A DNA stretch of 63,917 nt, filler included, from Lama guanicoe (GCA_013239625.1; 188 parts of 188 records of this genome joined end to end with filler, not necessarily neighbours in it), one strand, 5' to 3'; positions 22,937 through 36,058 are shown, numbered from the whole stretch's first letter. A program made the numbers and translations. The notes: generated by a model not told the origin, from the sequence alone.

Positions 22937-25900
22937 GTGAGGGTCCTCAGAGTGTAGAAGGCGGCACTGCAGTGTTTGAGGCCCACCCACCTGTGATCTA
23001 CCTTCTGGAGTGTGGTCTNNNNNNNNNNNNNNNNNNNNNNNNNNNNNNNNNNNNNNNNNNNNTTAATTAATTAANNNNNNNNNNNNNNNNNNNNNNNNNN
23101 NNNNNNNNNNNNNNNNNNCAAAGAGTTGGGACTGTTGGATTGTGGGAGAGGCGGCAGTGGCTCCTCTCTCTCCCCTCCCCCAGGGTGTGATGTCCCAGCC
23201 AGAAGTGTCTGCGCTGGTTGGAGTCTCCAGCCCTCCTTTTCCAGTATCAATTCACTTTTAACTTCTAGCGGGTTTATCTGAATTAGGCAGTGATATCTTG
23301 AGGATGATAATGCTGGTGATGGTGATGATCATGCTGATGACAACCCACTGGATGGACTNNNNNNNNNNNNNNNNNNNNNNNNNNNNNNNNNNNNNNNNNN
23401 NNTTAATTAATTAANNNNNNNNNNNNNNNNNNNNNNNNNNNNNNNNNNNNNNNNNNNNTTTCAAAGCACATCCACATTGTAGCACATATCAGTGCTTCAT
23501 TTTTCCCTCAAAACCTATTTTATAACAGATGCACAGAACCAGGACTATGAGCTATCTGCTAAATGAACCTGAAATTCAAATTTCTGTTTATGAGTTAAGT
23601 TACCCCACCTGTTGGTTAGAGGGTGAGTTCCAAAAGTAGACTATTTCCGGAAATAAAGCCTGAGGGTGGAGAAAACAACACAATAAGACAGGGAGACANN
23701 NNNNNNNNNNNNNNNNNNNNNNNNNNNNNNNNNNNNNNNNNNTTAATTAATTAANNNNNNNNNNNNNNNNNNNNNNNNNNNNNNNNNNNNNNNNNNNNGG
23801 GTCATAGTTCCTAAAGGCCTACAATTGTAACCCTGCCTCCTTAGGGGAGGGTGACAGTGGGTCAGGCAGGTCACCTCTGTGAGTCGCAGAGCCCTCTGGA
23901 GTTCACAAGTCACCTGTGTGCTTAACCTCCAGCCACCGCGGCCCCTCCCTCTGGACCCTCCTGCCTGTGTGACCTTCCTGGCTCACCCTGTATCTGCTGA
24001 CACCTCTCTGGGTGTGTCTTATCATGGATGCATATGCANNNNNNNNNNNNNNNNNNNNNNNNNNNNNNNNNNNNNNNNNNNNTTAATTAATTAANNNNNN
24101 NNNNNNNNNNNNNNNNNNNNNNNNNNNNNNNNNNNNNNAAAAAATATACATATACAAAAAAGTTCATGCATTAACTGTTACAGTTGCTAAAGTAGAAGGA
24201 CCCAGCTGATATAATTCCATAACAGAAAATCCAGCATGTTTTTTCTCTCAAAATGCCTGAAGCTGAGGAAGAAGAAGCTGAAAGTGCAAGTCATTGCATC
24301 CTCTAGCACATCTATGAGAACCCCTTAGATTTGTGGATCCTTTGTAACTGAGGGAGGAAAAAAGAAAGAAAAATAAATNNNNNNNNNNNNNNNNNNNNNN
24401 NNNNNNNNNNNNNNNNNNNNNNTTAATTAATTAANNNNNNNNNNNNNNNNNNNNNNNNNNNNNNNNNNNNNNNNNNNNAGTCAATGACCAAAATATTGGA
24501 AGAGGAAGATATATAATGGGCAAAAGTCAATTTTGTCCCTACCATCCCCACAGGCTTCTTTGGAAACATCAAATGTCAAAGAAAGTAGAGAAGAATGAGG
24601 TTGGGAAAGGAAGCTGTCTTTGCCTAGGTCTCCTCCAGATTCCTTTTATCAGGCAACTCATTTTCCCCTCAGGAAGAGAGAGGTTTACTCTCCACAGAAA
24701 CTAGACCTAAAAGCTCATNNNNNNNNNNNNNNNNNNNNNNNNNNNNNNNNNNNNNNNNNNNNTTAATTAATTAANNNNNNNNNNNNNNNNNNNNNNNNNN
24801 NNNNNNNNNNNNNNNNNNACCTTGTGACTAAAATTGTCTTCGTGAAATCAGAATTTTATTCTTAGATGCTTCTGGACTATTTCTTCTTATCTCTAGAAAA
24901 CCAGTTATGGAGAGATGGAAGGCTTCCAGCATGTAAAGGAACTGCCGCCCCCACTGGACACCTGTTTACCTGGCACTACGTCCTCTCCCATTCCTGCTCC
25001 TAACCCGCGGTCTTCTCAGCCTAGATTCTTACCAAAGAGCCAATCCCTTGCATTTCTCNNNNNNNNNNNNNNNNNNNNNNNNNNNNNNNNNNNNNNNNNN
25101 NNTTAATTAATTAANNNNNNNNNNNNNNNNNNNNNNNNNNNNNNNNNNNNNNNNNNNNAAAATATTCTTTTTTGGAATTACTTCAAGATGGTGGACTGAG
25201 CCTTCTCCACAGACTCTGGCTCCCCCAATAGACCTTTGCAAAACATAGAAAACAGATTATAGAAAGTTCAGTTAAAATTAAATCTAAACTAACTGGGATG
25301 TTAATTTTTTTTCCTATGGTTTTTGCAAGGTAGATTCCCTGTCTTGTCATGTGGTGAAGAGTCTTCACATGGTGAAGGACTCTGGGTCTGCCCTGGATNN
25401 NNNNNNNNNNNNNNNNNNNNNNNNNNNNNNNNNNNNNNNNNNTTAATTAATTAANNNNNNNNNNNNNNNNNNNNNNNNNNNNNNNNNNNNNNNNNNNNTT
25501 AATCAAAATAAATGGAAATTTCTACGATCAAAATCAATGAACACATGTAGGGATGTAAAAACTGGAAACAGTTTTCTAAATGCTTCAAAGCAAGCTTTGG
25601 TTACTCCCCAAACAAAGTTTGACTTTCTTCTCTGGTGGAATATATCACTCTGATGGAAACTTTTGGTATGAGGGGCATACGGCCGCCAAAGTGGGCATCT
25701 CCCTCCTCTGCAGAGCAGATGTTTCCACTGTGGGTGGGNNNNNNNNNNNNNNNNNNNNNNNNNNNNNNNNNNNNNNNNNNNNTTAATTAATTAANNNNNN
25801 NNNNNNNNNNNNNNNNNNNNNNNNNNNNNNNNNNNNNNGGGGCAATGTTCAATCTCTAGCCTTTAAGACAAGTTACTATTCAATCATCCTGTAATCCAGG

Positions 25901-26524
25901 TGGCGAGTAACGTTTTTCCTCAGAAATCCCTCATCTTGTAGAAACATGAACATATTTATGGATCATTGATCTTGTTCACTAGGGACAATTCAGGAGGCAG
26001 GAAGGCCAAGGAAGAGGCCTGGGGGTGGCGCCTCTAGTGATAGTGAGCAAGGGACGTCTAGGAGTTCAGGGTGGACTTNNNNNNNNNNNNNNNNNNNNNN
26101 NNNNNNNNNNNNNNNNNNNNNNTTAATTAATTAANNNNNNNNNNNNNNNNNNNNNNNNNNNNNNNNNNNNNNNNNNNNCTGTTAGGGCCTGAGAAGAGTT
26201 TGGCCTTTGTTGTAAAAAGGCACATTCTTATCTGTTTACAAATGCATCCCCATGTGTAAATTACTCTGAGTGTAGAAGTTTCTGGTTCTCAGTTCCTCTT
26301 AGAGGTCATTCACTGGGCACAGACAAGTGCCATTTTTGGTAAGGGGCTCTTTTTTCACCTCAGAAGTATGTCATCACCCCCTCAGAGGGTCCATTTTTGA
26401 GCAAGGATCCATTTTTGANNNNNNNNNNNNNNNNNNNNNNNNNNNNNNNNNNNNNNNNNNNNTTAATTAATTAANNNNNNNNNNNNNNNNNNNNNNNNNN
26501 NNNNNNNNNNNNNNNNNNATATTC

Positions 26525-26758
26525 TATATGTTGAAGTTTCTGGCAACCCAGCATCAAGCAAGTCTATCCGCACCATGCTTCCAAAGGCATTTGCTCACTT
26601 CAAGACTCTGTGTCACATTTTGGTAATTCCAACAAGATTGCAAAACTTTACACTGTTATTGCATTTCTCACAGACATTTGTGATCAGTGATCTTTAATGT
26701 TGTGATTGCAATTGTCTGGGGTCACCATAAGCTACATCCAAATAAGGCAGTAAACTTA
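26525..26758 (+). mobile_element. Tigger1 (Tc1/mariner) 5' region fragment
   Basis: ttgaagtttctggcaacccagcatcaagcaagtctat, catttgctcacttc, ctctgtgtcacattttggtaatt, tgtgatcagtgatcttt. Confidence 0.88.
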
Positions 26759-27559
26759 NNNNNNNNNNNNNNNNNNNNNNNNNNNNNNNNNNNNNNNNNN
26801 NNTTAATTAATTAANNNNNNNNNNNNNNNNNNNNNNNNNNNNNNNNNNNNNNNNNNNNCCTTTCTTATGTGTTCTTTGTGTTTACTTAGCATGCTTAATA
26901 TTTTTTCTACCATCTTTAAGTATGGTTATATTAGCTGTCTAGGATCCTTTTTAAAGTAATTCTGCCATAAATATATTTCTAGTTCTGTTTCTTATTTTAA
27001 ATGTAAAATGTTTTTCTTTTATATTGTGTAATAGGCAAAATTATGTAATTCAATAAACTTTTTAAGAAATTCACATGTTCTAATTCCTTCCACTGCCCNN
27101 NNNNNNNNNNNNNNNNNNNNNNNNNNNNNNNNNNNNNNNNNNTTAATTAATTAANNNNNNNNNNNNNNNNNNNNNNNNNNNNNNNNNNNNNNNNNNNNAT
27201 TTTTCTAACTAATTATTTGGGTCTTGAAATGTTTAGTTGAGCAGAAAATCCTGTGTTTTCCTCTGGGGACTTTCTTCTATAATCTTCCTTTTGAATTTTC
27301 CAGGAACCTAAGGGATTCCCTGAGATCACAGTTACAATCCTCTCCCACAAGGCACTGGGGCGGGGCGAGGGCATGCTAATCATTCTCTCGTTTCCCTTGA
27401 TTCTGTTGCTGCAGTGTTGGTACTAAAACTGGTTTTAANNNNNNNNNNNNNNNNNNNNNNNNNNNNNNNNNNNNNNNNNNNNTTAATTAATTAANNNNNN
27501 NNNNNNNNNNNNNNNNNNNNNNNNNNNNNNNNNNNNNNATAATGAGTGTTTTCAATCTA

Positions 27560-27778
27560 TCAGGCCTTACTTCTGGTCCTGGGCGTCCTTTGCTCTAATC
27601 CTTTCAGATGGGTCTTCTTCTGGCCTCAGGGAACTTCCTTACCTGCATGTACTGAACAGTGTTCTACTGAGTATTCAGATGGTGCCCTCTGCAATCCCTA
27701 GAGCTTCCTCTAAATGCTGCTCTCTTTTTTTCAGGACTCTATTTTGCAACTGTAGTACCTTGTTCTCCCCACACACTC
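27560..27778 (-). mobile_element. Old interspersed repeat, probably L1M 5' end; homologous to 56858-57098
   Basis: ctaatcctttcag...tctggc(c/t)tcagg...ttccttacctgc shared between the two contigs. Confidence 0.6.
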
Positions 27779-28899
27779 NNNNNNNNNNNNNNNNNNNNNN
27801 NNNNNNNNNNNNNNNNNNNNNNTTAATTAATTAANNNNNNNNNNNNNNNNNNNNNNNNNNNNNNNNNNNNNNNNNNNNTATATTTTTTGGATTATTTATA
27901 CTATGTTCACAAATTTAGTATAAATTTTTGTACAAAAGTATGGGGATTGGTTTTATTTCATAGACACCAAAATTAAAGTATTTAAAAAGATTTTGTGGGA
28001 AGAATATTTGCAAATCACACTATAAAAATAAGCATCATATATGTGTCAATTTAACTGGATGAATGTGAGGAAAACACTGGCTGAAAGTTACATTTGAGTG
28101 GCTAGGAGACCAGTTGTTNNNNNNNNNNNNNNNNNNNNNNNNNNNNNNNNNNNNNNNNNNNNTTAATTAATTAANNNNNNNNNNNNNNNNNNNNNNNNNN
28201 NNNNNNNNNNNNNNNNNNTCTTGAACCATGTCTTGGTTGCAGGGGTTTAACCCTATGTCAACATCCACCCAGCCGTAGACGGGATTGGTGTGCCATCTCT
28301 ACACGTTACCTGGGTATGGATTTTATAGCCTGAGTGAAAAAAAAGAAAGAAAAGTCCATTCTACTGACCTCGTGATACTGGTTAGCACAGTGCTTCAGCA
28401 CAGGCTCTGAAGGCAGGTCAAATCAGTCCACCCCTAATAAGATATCTGACCTTTGATGNNNNNNNNNNNNNNNNNNNNNNNNNNNNNNNNNNNNNNNNNN
28501 NNTTAATTAATTAANNNNNNNNNNNNNNNNNNNNNNNNNNNNNNNNNNNNNNNNNNNNAATTTGATTTAATATGTGTGTGCACATACATGTTCATGTACA
28601 CATACCCCAAATGAGTCACTGGGCATGATAGTAAGCAGACATTCCTAATTTTATCAGTTGCATTATTATCATTAAGACTATATAATTAATCAATTGAATG
28701 ATTGTAATTATTGTTTATCTTTTCCTTCATCTACATGCCTTGATGTTAAATATTTTATACACATTTACTCATTTAATTCTATAAATGACCCTCAGATAAN
28801 NNNNNNNNNNNNNNNNNNNNNNNNNNNNNNNNNNNNNNNNNNNTTAATTAATTAANNNNNNNNNNNNNNNNNNNNNNNNNNNNNNNNNNNNNNNNNNNN

Positions 28900-29074
28900 C
28901 ACCCTGGGCCCCTCCGTCACCTGCCCCTCCCTCACCTGGGCTTTGGGGTTTTTTTGGGCATGAGCCACTCTCCTTGCTTGGCCCTGCAGTAAACCTGTCT
29001 CTGCTCCAGCTCCGACGTTTCGATGTCATTTGGCCTCACTGTGCATCCTGCACGTGAACTTCCGTTTGGTGACG
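28900..29074 (+). mobile_element. ERV1-type LTR 3' part (R/U5)
   Basis: ctccttgcttggccctgc-AGTAAA-cctgtctctgctcca...ccgacgtttcg...tttggcctcactgtgc..., ending tttggtgacg; no tRNA primer-binding site follows. Confidence 0.7.
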
Positions 29075-29775
29075 AAATGAGTATCTGTCTCCTTTACTCT
29101 GAGGCTTAGCCCTGGAAAGTGTGGACCCTAACCTCTGCATNNNNNNNNNNNNNNNNNNNNNNNNNNNNNNNNNNNNNNNNNNNNTTAATTAATTAANNNN
29201 NNNNNNNNNNNNNNNNNNNNNNNNNNNNNNNNNNNNNNNNAACATGATTTTTAATAGCTATATAATATTTAGTGGTTTTATTTTTCCCTGTCTGGCTTTT
29301 TAATTTCTCTGTCAACATGGGGGATAAAGTGTTTCATTCATACTTGCTTTTTGAGCTAATGAAGGGAAGAAAAGTAACACAAGTATTGCAGAAAAACTGT
29401 CAACAGTGCTTATGACAGAAAATTTTTATAATTTAGTTTATGCTAAAAGATCACTCATAGTTCAACTAAAAGGTTAGTTTGNNNNNNNNNNNNNNNNNNN
29501 NNNNNNNNNNNNNNNNNNNNNNNNNTTAATTAATTAANNNNNNNNNNNNNNNNNNNNNNNNNNNNNNNNNNNNNNNNNNNNTTTTTTTTTTTTTTGCCGA
29601 ACATGATATTTTTGAGACTTATTTGAGTCCTTACACGACAGTAATTCAGAGAAGTTTGCTCTTGATGCTGGGAAATTTAGTTTAGAAACGAACCAAAATC
29701 CATCGGTGCAAGGAAATATGACCCAGCGCATGATCTTCATAGGAGGACAAAAACAGCCCCATGCACCATCCTCTC

Positions 29776-29822
29776 AGCAGAGTGGCGCAGCGGGAGCGTG
29801 CTGGGCCCATAACCCAGAGGTC
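29776..29822 (+). tRNA. Initiator tRNA-Met (CAT), 5' 47 nt, truncated by the contig end
   Basis: AGCAGAGTGGCGCAGCGGGAGCGTGCTGGGCCCATAACCCAGAGGTC is 46/47 identical to the recalled vertebrate tRNAiMet; anticodon at 29808-29810, three G-C pairs in the anticodon stem. Confidence 0.93.
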
Positions 29823-30263
29823 NNNNNNNNNNNNNNNNNNNNNNNNNNNNNNNNNNNNNNNNNNNNTTAATTAATTAANNNNNNNNNNNNNNNNNNNNNN
29901 NNNNNNNNNNNNNNNNNNNNNNACTTCCTCCCATAAATAATTCAAAGGGCCAAGCTATTAATTAGGGAAACTGTAACAGAGGGTGAGAAAGGCACAGGAA
30001 ATGGAAAATAATTATCCTGTCCTCTTCATCACACTCTCTTACTTAAGTGCTGAGGAAATATATGAACTTTTGTACCAAGGAGAAAGGAAGAAAATAACGT
30101 TAACTGAGCACCTACTGTGTTCCAGGCCTTTTCCTGGTTATCTTACCCTTATCTGTGAAACAGNNNNNNNNNNNNNNNNNNNNNNNNNNNNNNNNNNNNN
30201 NNNNNNNTTAATTAATTAANNNNNNNNNNNNNNNNNNNNNNNNNNNNNNNNNNNNNNNNNNNN

Positions 30264-30504
30264 GTGTGCAGACACAGGAGGGAGTAGGCCCAGGTTTGTG
30301 TAGGCCGAGGAGTGTGCAGGCCCATGAGTGTGCAGGCTCAGGTATGTGCAGGTCCAAGGGTTTTAGGCCCAGGAGTGTGCAAAAAAAGGAGTGTGTAGGC
30401 CCAGTAGTGTGCAGAGACAGGAGTGTGCAAGCCCAGGAGTGTGCAGACAGTTCAGTGTGCTGGCCCAGGTCTTTACTGACAAAAGAGTGTGCTGGCCCCG
30501 GAGT
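30264..30504 (+). repeat. 16-bp tandem satellite (GCCCAGGAGTGTGCAG)n
   Basis: About 15 diverged units filling the contig; same family at 55835. Confidence 0.95.
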
Positions 30505-31344
30505 NNNNNNNNNNNNNNNNNNNNNNNNNNNNNNNNNNNNNNNNNNNNTTAATTAATTAANNNNNNNNNNNNNNNNNNNNNNNNNNNNNNNNNNNNNNNN
30601 NNNNATTATTAATGGTGTGTATCAGTGTACAAACCAGAGTCCTGTTTTCATGGGGTTTACAGTCTAGTGTAAGGCAAATGATAAATAATATTAGATTATG
30701 TAATAAGTGCTATGAAGAAATATAAGTATCAGATAAATCGGGGAAATACCAGATAAATAGTGATAATTTTTACTAATAATCATTCACACATTAAATGTAA
30801 ACCAAGTCTCCTCTTTCCATCTCTGTTCTACTTCAGTCTCTTTGGNNNNNNNNNNNNNNNNNNNNNNNNNNNNNNNNNNNNNNNNNNNNTTAATTAATTA
30901 ANNNNNNNNNNNNNNNNNNNNNNNNNNNNNNNNNNNNNNNNNNNNTAACTTAGTCTTGTCAGGCATGAGGTTTCCGGATGAACTTTCTTTTGAACTGAAA
31001 TGTGAATGAGAAATATATAAGCCTGGTGGTGGGAGGAGCATTGAAGGCCACGAGATGAAATAGCCTGAGGTGAGAGGAAAGCTTGGGTTCAGGGAACTCC
31101 TGGTACTTCAGCAAGATTTGAGAATGAGTTTGGGAGTAAGAAGGGGCAATAATTGAGGCTGGATAGAGGCCTTGCAAACCTCATTANNNNNNNNNNNNNN
31201 NNNNNNNNNNNNNNNNNNNNNNNNNNNNNNTTAATTAATTAANNNNNNNNNNNNNNNNNNNNNNNNNNNNNNNNNNNNNNNNNNNNTCAATTACTAATCT
31301 GTTCTTTGTAACTCAGAGTCAGGTTTTGGTGTTTCAACAGTTTT

Positions 31345-31527
31345 GGTGGGTTTTTTGTTTGTTTAGGGTTTCTTTTTTGGTTCCACAATGTGAGATCATG
31401 TGATATCTGTTTTCTTTGTCTGACATTTCAGTTAGCAGAAGACCCTCCAAGTCCTTCTGTGTTGTTGTAAATGGCAACATATCTTTCTTTTTATGTCTGA
31501 AAAATATCCCATATATATTCAATCGGA
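31345..31527 (-). mobile_element. L1 3' fragment
   Basis: ttccacaatgtgagatcatgtgatat, tgtctgacatttca, tgttgttgtaaatggcaa. Confidence 0.8.
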
Positions 31528-33673
31528 NNNNNNNNNNNNNNNNNNNNNNNNNNNNNNNNNNNNNNNNNNNNTTAATTAATTAANNNNNNNNNNNNNNNNN
31601 NNNNNNNNNNNNNNNNNNNNNNNNNNNTCTGTATTTTACAAAACAGAGACTTCCCTCCCACCAGAGTTATCATGGAGTATCTAATGGAAGTTTATCACCG
31701 ACACTGGTTATGTTTCTACACTGAAATACAGTGTCAATCCAGGAAAGCAGGCACACTTGGTCATTGATCCAGATATTCTTCAGACTCCTTTGACTGCCTT
31801 AATCTTTGCAAGAAAATGGGTTTTGTTCTCCTCCCAGAAAGTTTTTGTGGACTTCTCACTGTCTTATTNNNNNNNNNNNNNNNNNNNNNNNNNNNNNNNN
31901 NNNNNNNNNNNNTTAATTAATTAANNNNNNNNNNNNNNNNNNNNNNNNNNNNNNNNNNNNNNNNNNNNTGCTTCTGCAGGAACCTGACTTAGAGACGGTG
32001 TGTCTGTCTTCAGATTTGTGAAGTGGTGCTTGGTTTCTTTTTTTTTCCCGAAGGACTATGAGCTGTTATAAGAACTCAAAGTGGCTTCTGTAGTGATTGA
32101 TAGAAATGCTCTTAACGGCACTGAGTTCATTTTTCCTCTCCATTTCCACTTTTTAGTTGCGGCAGAAATTGTCGAGCAGGTTTGCTCCTTTTTATATCAA
32201 ATGAGTGAANNNNNNNNNNNNNNNNNNNNNNNNNNNNNNNNNNNNNNNNNNNNTTAATTAATTAANNNNNNNNNNNNNNNNNNNNNNNNNNNNNNNNNNN
32301 NNNNNNNNNCAGCTACCCAACAGCCTCATTTAGCCAAGAATGTGGCCAACACCAGGGGTCCATGCTTTTGAGTGTTGGGTCTGGAGGGCAATGCCTCCAC
32401 CACTGAGAAGTTGCCTCACCACTTGTGCCCTTGTCCCCATCGAGGGGGACGTGACACATCCATGGGATGAAAGCCGTGAGGGCACCAGGTGACTTTGGAC
32501 CAAGCTATGACTGCCCGGTCCTGTCCCCCATGTGACCCATGTTAGCCTCANNNNNNNNNNNNNNNNNNNNNNNNNNNNNNNNNNNNNNNNNNNNTTAATT
32601 AATTAANNNNNNNNNNNNNNNNNNNNNNNNNNNNNNNNNNNNNNNNNNNNAGAAAAACAAAATTTGTATAGAAATATCCCACACTCAGACAAGAAACTGC
32701 CACAAGATAGAAATGTTCTAAATCCTGTAAAGGGGGAAAACAAACAACAAAAAAATGCTTAAATTCAGAAATATTTTAAAATCTACACAAACTCCACAAT
32801 CTGAAATTAAGATTTTTTTCCCCCTAAAATAATAGATTATACCTGAAGTACTTGTTAAAATCCAAGTTTCTGAGCATCAGCCTTGTTTACTNNNNNNNNN
32901 NNNNNNNNNNNNNNNNNNNNNNNNNNNNNNNNNNNTTAATTAATTAANNNNNNNNNNNNNNNNNNNNNNNNNNNNNNNNNNNNNNNNNNNNAGAAAACAA
33001 GATACAGGTTTTCCTACCAGTATGTGACCCTTCCCCACTTCCTTCCTGTGGGAAACACAGTTCTGTCTCCTCAGCTTTGAAAGCTTCCCTGACTGGACTG
33101 ATGCACTTTACCCAGGACCCCAGGGTATTCTGAAGAGTCCATTTTTCTCTAACTCATTATACTTGTTTAATTCCTTAACCTATTATCAATGGGTTACCTC
33201 TCCCTAACTGTTTATGTTTCCCACAACACTTTNNNNNNNNNNNNNNNNNNNNNNNNNNNNNNNNNNNNNNNNNNNNTTAATTAATTAANNNNNNNNNNNN
33301 NNNNNNNNNNNNNNNNNNNNNNNNNNNNNNNNCCATTTGAATATTAGCTCCATGAGTGAGAGGATTTTGTCTATTTGGCTCACTAATGTATCCCTAGAAA
33401 CTAGAATGGTATCAATACACCTATGTTAAATAAGTAACATACATTTTAGTATATAACCTGGCAATTATCCATCATTACTATAATAAGTAATATACATTGA
33501 TTACTTACTAGATGCCTGGCATCACTTAGAGGATTAACTCTCATTTAATCATCCAAAATCCTCTGTAATATGTNNNNNNNNNNNNNNNNNNNNNNNNNNN
33601 NNNNNNNNNNNNNNNNNTTAATTAATTAANNNNNNNNNNNNNNNNNNNNNNNNNNNNNNNNNNNNNNNNNNNN

Positions 33674-33914
33674 CAGTACTTTCTCATTGTTGTGCAACCA
33701 TCATTACCATCCATTTCCAGAACTGTTTATCTTCCACAATTGAAATTTTATGCCCCTATGATATGAATTCCTCATTTCTCTCTGTCCTTAGCCCCCGGCA
33801 AGCACCATTTTACTTTCTTTTCCTATAAATGTGACCACTCTAGGTGCTGCATTTTAGTGAAATCTTGTAATATTTGTTTTTTGTGCTGGCTTATTTCACT
33901 TACTGTGTCTTCAC
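33674..33914 (-). mobile_element. L1MB-like 3'UTR fragment
   Basis: cattgttgtgcaaccatcattaccatccatttccagaac, gccccggcaagcaccattttacttt, tggcttatttcactta. Confidence 0.85.
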
Positions 33915-34032
33915 NNNNNNNNNNNNNNNNNNNNNNNNNNNNNNNNNNNNNNNNNNNNTTAATTAATTAANNNNNNNNNNNNNNNNNNNNNNNNNNNNNN
34001 NNNNNNNNNNNNNNCACACCCTGTGTCCTGGG

Positions 34033-34151
34033 CCACGAAAAGATCAAAAGTCACAATTCAAAATATGGTTTCCACTGAATGCATATCGTCTCGACACTCT
34101 CATAAAGTCCACAAATTTTAAGTTGAACCGTCGTAAATCAAGAACCATCTT
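34033..34151 (+). mobile_element. MER47/Tigger5-like 3' end with terminal inverted repeat
   Basis: tatggtttccactgaatgcatatcg...taagttgaaccgtcgtaaatcaagaaccatct. Confidence 0.75.
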
Positions 34152-35037
34152 TATTAAAGTTTCTGCATTTTACTCAGAGCAGAGTCCCTCAAGTCTAATT
34201 CATAGCCTCTCACTTAAGATACATTTCAAACATATTTGATTAACTGTTACTGAAGNNNNNNNNNNNNNNNNNNNNNNNNNNNNNNNNNNNNNNNNNNNNT
34301 TAATTAATTAANNNNNNNNNNNNNNNNNNNNNNNNNNNNNNNNNNNNNNNNNNNNAAGTACTGCAATAAATTATCGTAACTGAGTGGGAGGAAGTATGCA
34401 TAGCTTGGGAAAGACACTAGGGTAGGGGGTTGATACTACAGGCTTTATATCTTGGGCAGGGACCAAGCATAGCAAGCCGATGGGTTTAACTGGCTGAATC
34501 TTCAGTAGTTTAATTCCAGTATAACCTGCCTCCCAAGACCATTAGGGCAGCCAAGGCAGGGGACTCAGGGACAGGATGTCTAGACTGGTGGTTAGANNNN
34601 NNNNNNNNNNNNNNNNNNNNNNNNNNNNNNNNNNNNNNNNTTAATTAATTAANNNNNNNNNNNNNNNNNNNNNNNNNNNNNNNNNNNNNNNNNNNNATCT
34701 GGATTACTTTTGGGGAGTATTGAGAATAAGGAAATGTTAAAAAAAGAAAGTTCCCTGAAACAGGGACTTTCTTGCTAAAAGCTATTTGTTTGTGAAATGT
34801 TGGTTGTTTTGGTTATGGAAGAAAGAGAAGTCATGTATTAAATATTCAGTTATTTATTAAAAATATTTATTTGTGCCTACTATGTGGTAGGCAATGTCTT
34901 AGGCTTTTTAAATGGGGCGCCAGATTGAACAAGACGANNNNNNNNNNNNNNNNNNNNNNNNNNNNNNNNNNNNNNNNNNNNTTAATTAATTAANNNNNNN
35001 NNNNNNNNNNNNNNNNNNNNNNNNNNNNNNNNNNNNN

Positions 35038-35137
35038 TCAGTATGAGAATCTCTAGGTCCATTCATGTTGCTGCAAATGGCATTATTCCATTCTTTTTTA
35101 TGGCTGAGTCATATTCCATTATATATAAGTACACCAT
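35038..35137 (-). mobile_element. L1 fragment
   Basis: atctctaggtccattcatgttgctgcaaatggcattattccattctttttatggctgagt. Confidence 0.88.
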
Positions 35138-35409
35138 ACAAGATGGCAGTTTTAAACATCAAAACCCATGATGTTAGTAACAAATGGGAATTGTTTTAAT
35201 AATTTAGTTTCAGCTGTCTTGTGAACTAATTATCCATTTGATTAACAATCAGGGAGAATTAGATACAGGTAGATTGTNNNNNNNNNNNNNNNNNNNNNNN
35301 NNNNNNNNNNNNNNNNNNNNNTTAATTAATTAANNNNNNNNNNNNNNNNNNNNNNNNNNNNNNNNNNNNNNNNNNNNGACAGATTTAAATAATCATGGTT
35401 CTCACCTCT

Positions 35410-35618
35410 AGGTAAACATTTTTTTTTCCTTTTTTTTCCACAAAGAGCCAGATAGAAAACAATTTAGCTTTCTGGGCTACTCAGCTTCTGTTACACAACT
35501 CAGAACTACCATTGCAGAGTGAAAGCAGCTGTACGCAGTGCAGACATGAATGAGCATGGCGTGCTCAAGTAAAACTTTATTTATATACTCTGGAATGTGA
35601 ATGCCACAGAATTTTCAC
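35410..35618 (+). mobile_element. MER58-like hAT-Charlie MITE
   Basis: aaagagccagatag, acaactcag, gtgaaagcagc, atgaatgagcatggc, taaaactttattta. Confidence 0.75.
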
Positions 35619-35718
35619 NNNNNNNNNNNNNNNNNNNNNNNNNNNNNNNNNNNNNNNNNNNNTTAATTAATTAANNNNNNNNNNNNNNNNNNNNNNNNNN
35701 NNNNNNNNNNNNNNNNNN

Positions 35719-35958
35719 TCCAACAACACATAAAAAATATCATACACCATGATCAAGTTGGGTTCATCCCAGGGACATAAGGATCATTCAACTTATGCAA
35801 ATTGATCAATGTGATACACCACATCCACAAGAGAAAGAACAAAAATCACATGCTTATCTCAATAGATGCAGAAAAAGCATTTGATAAAATTCAACACAAA
35901 TTCAACACACATTTATGATAAAAACTCTTACCAAAGTGGGTATAGAGGGAACATATCT
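35719..35958 (+). mobile_element. L1 ORF2 reverse-transcriptase fragment, inactivated
   Basis: [58 protein letters not shown]; stop at 35778-35780 and an 11-bp tandem duplication at 35887-35908. Confidence 0.95.
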
Positions 35959-36058
35959 NNNNNNNNNNNNNNNNNNNNNNNNNNNNNNNNNNNNNNNNNN
36001 NNTTAATTAATTAANNNNNNNNNNNNNNNNNNNNNNNNNNNNNNNNNNNNNNNNNNNN

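Noticed and set aside
30266..30504. Cys-rich keratin-associated-protein-like ORFs (also 55905-56075)
   Set aside because: Translation products of a 16-bp satellite whose period is not a multiple of three
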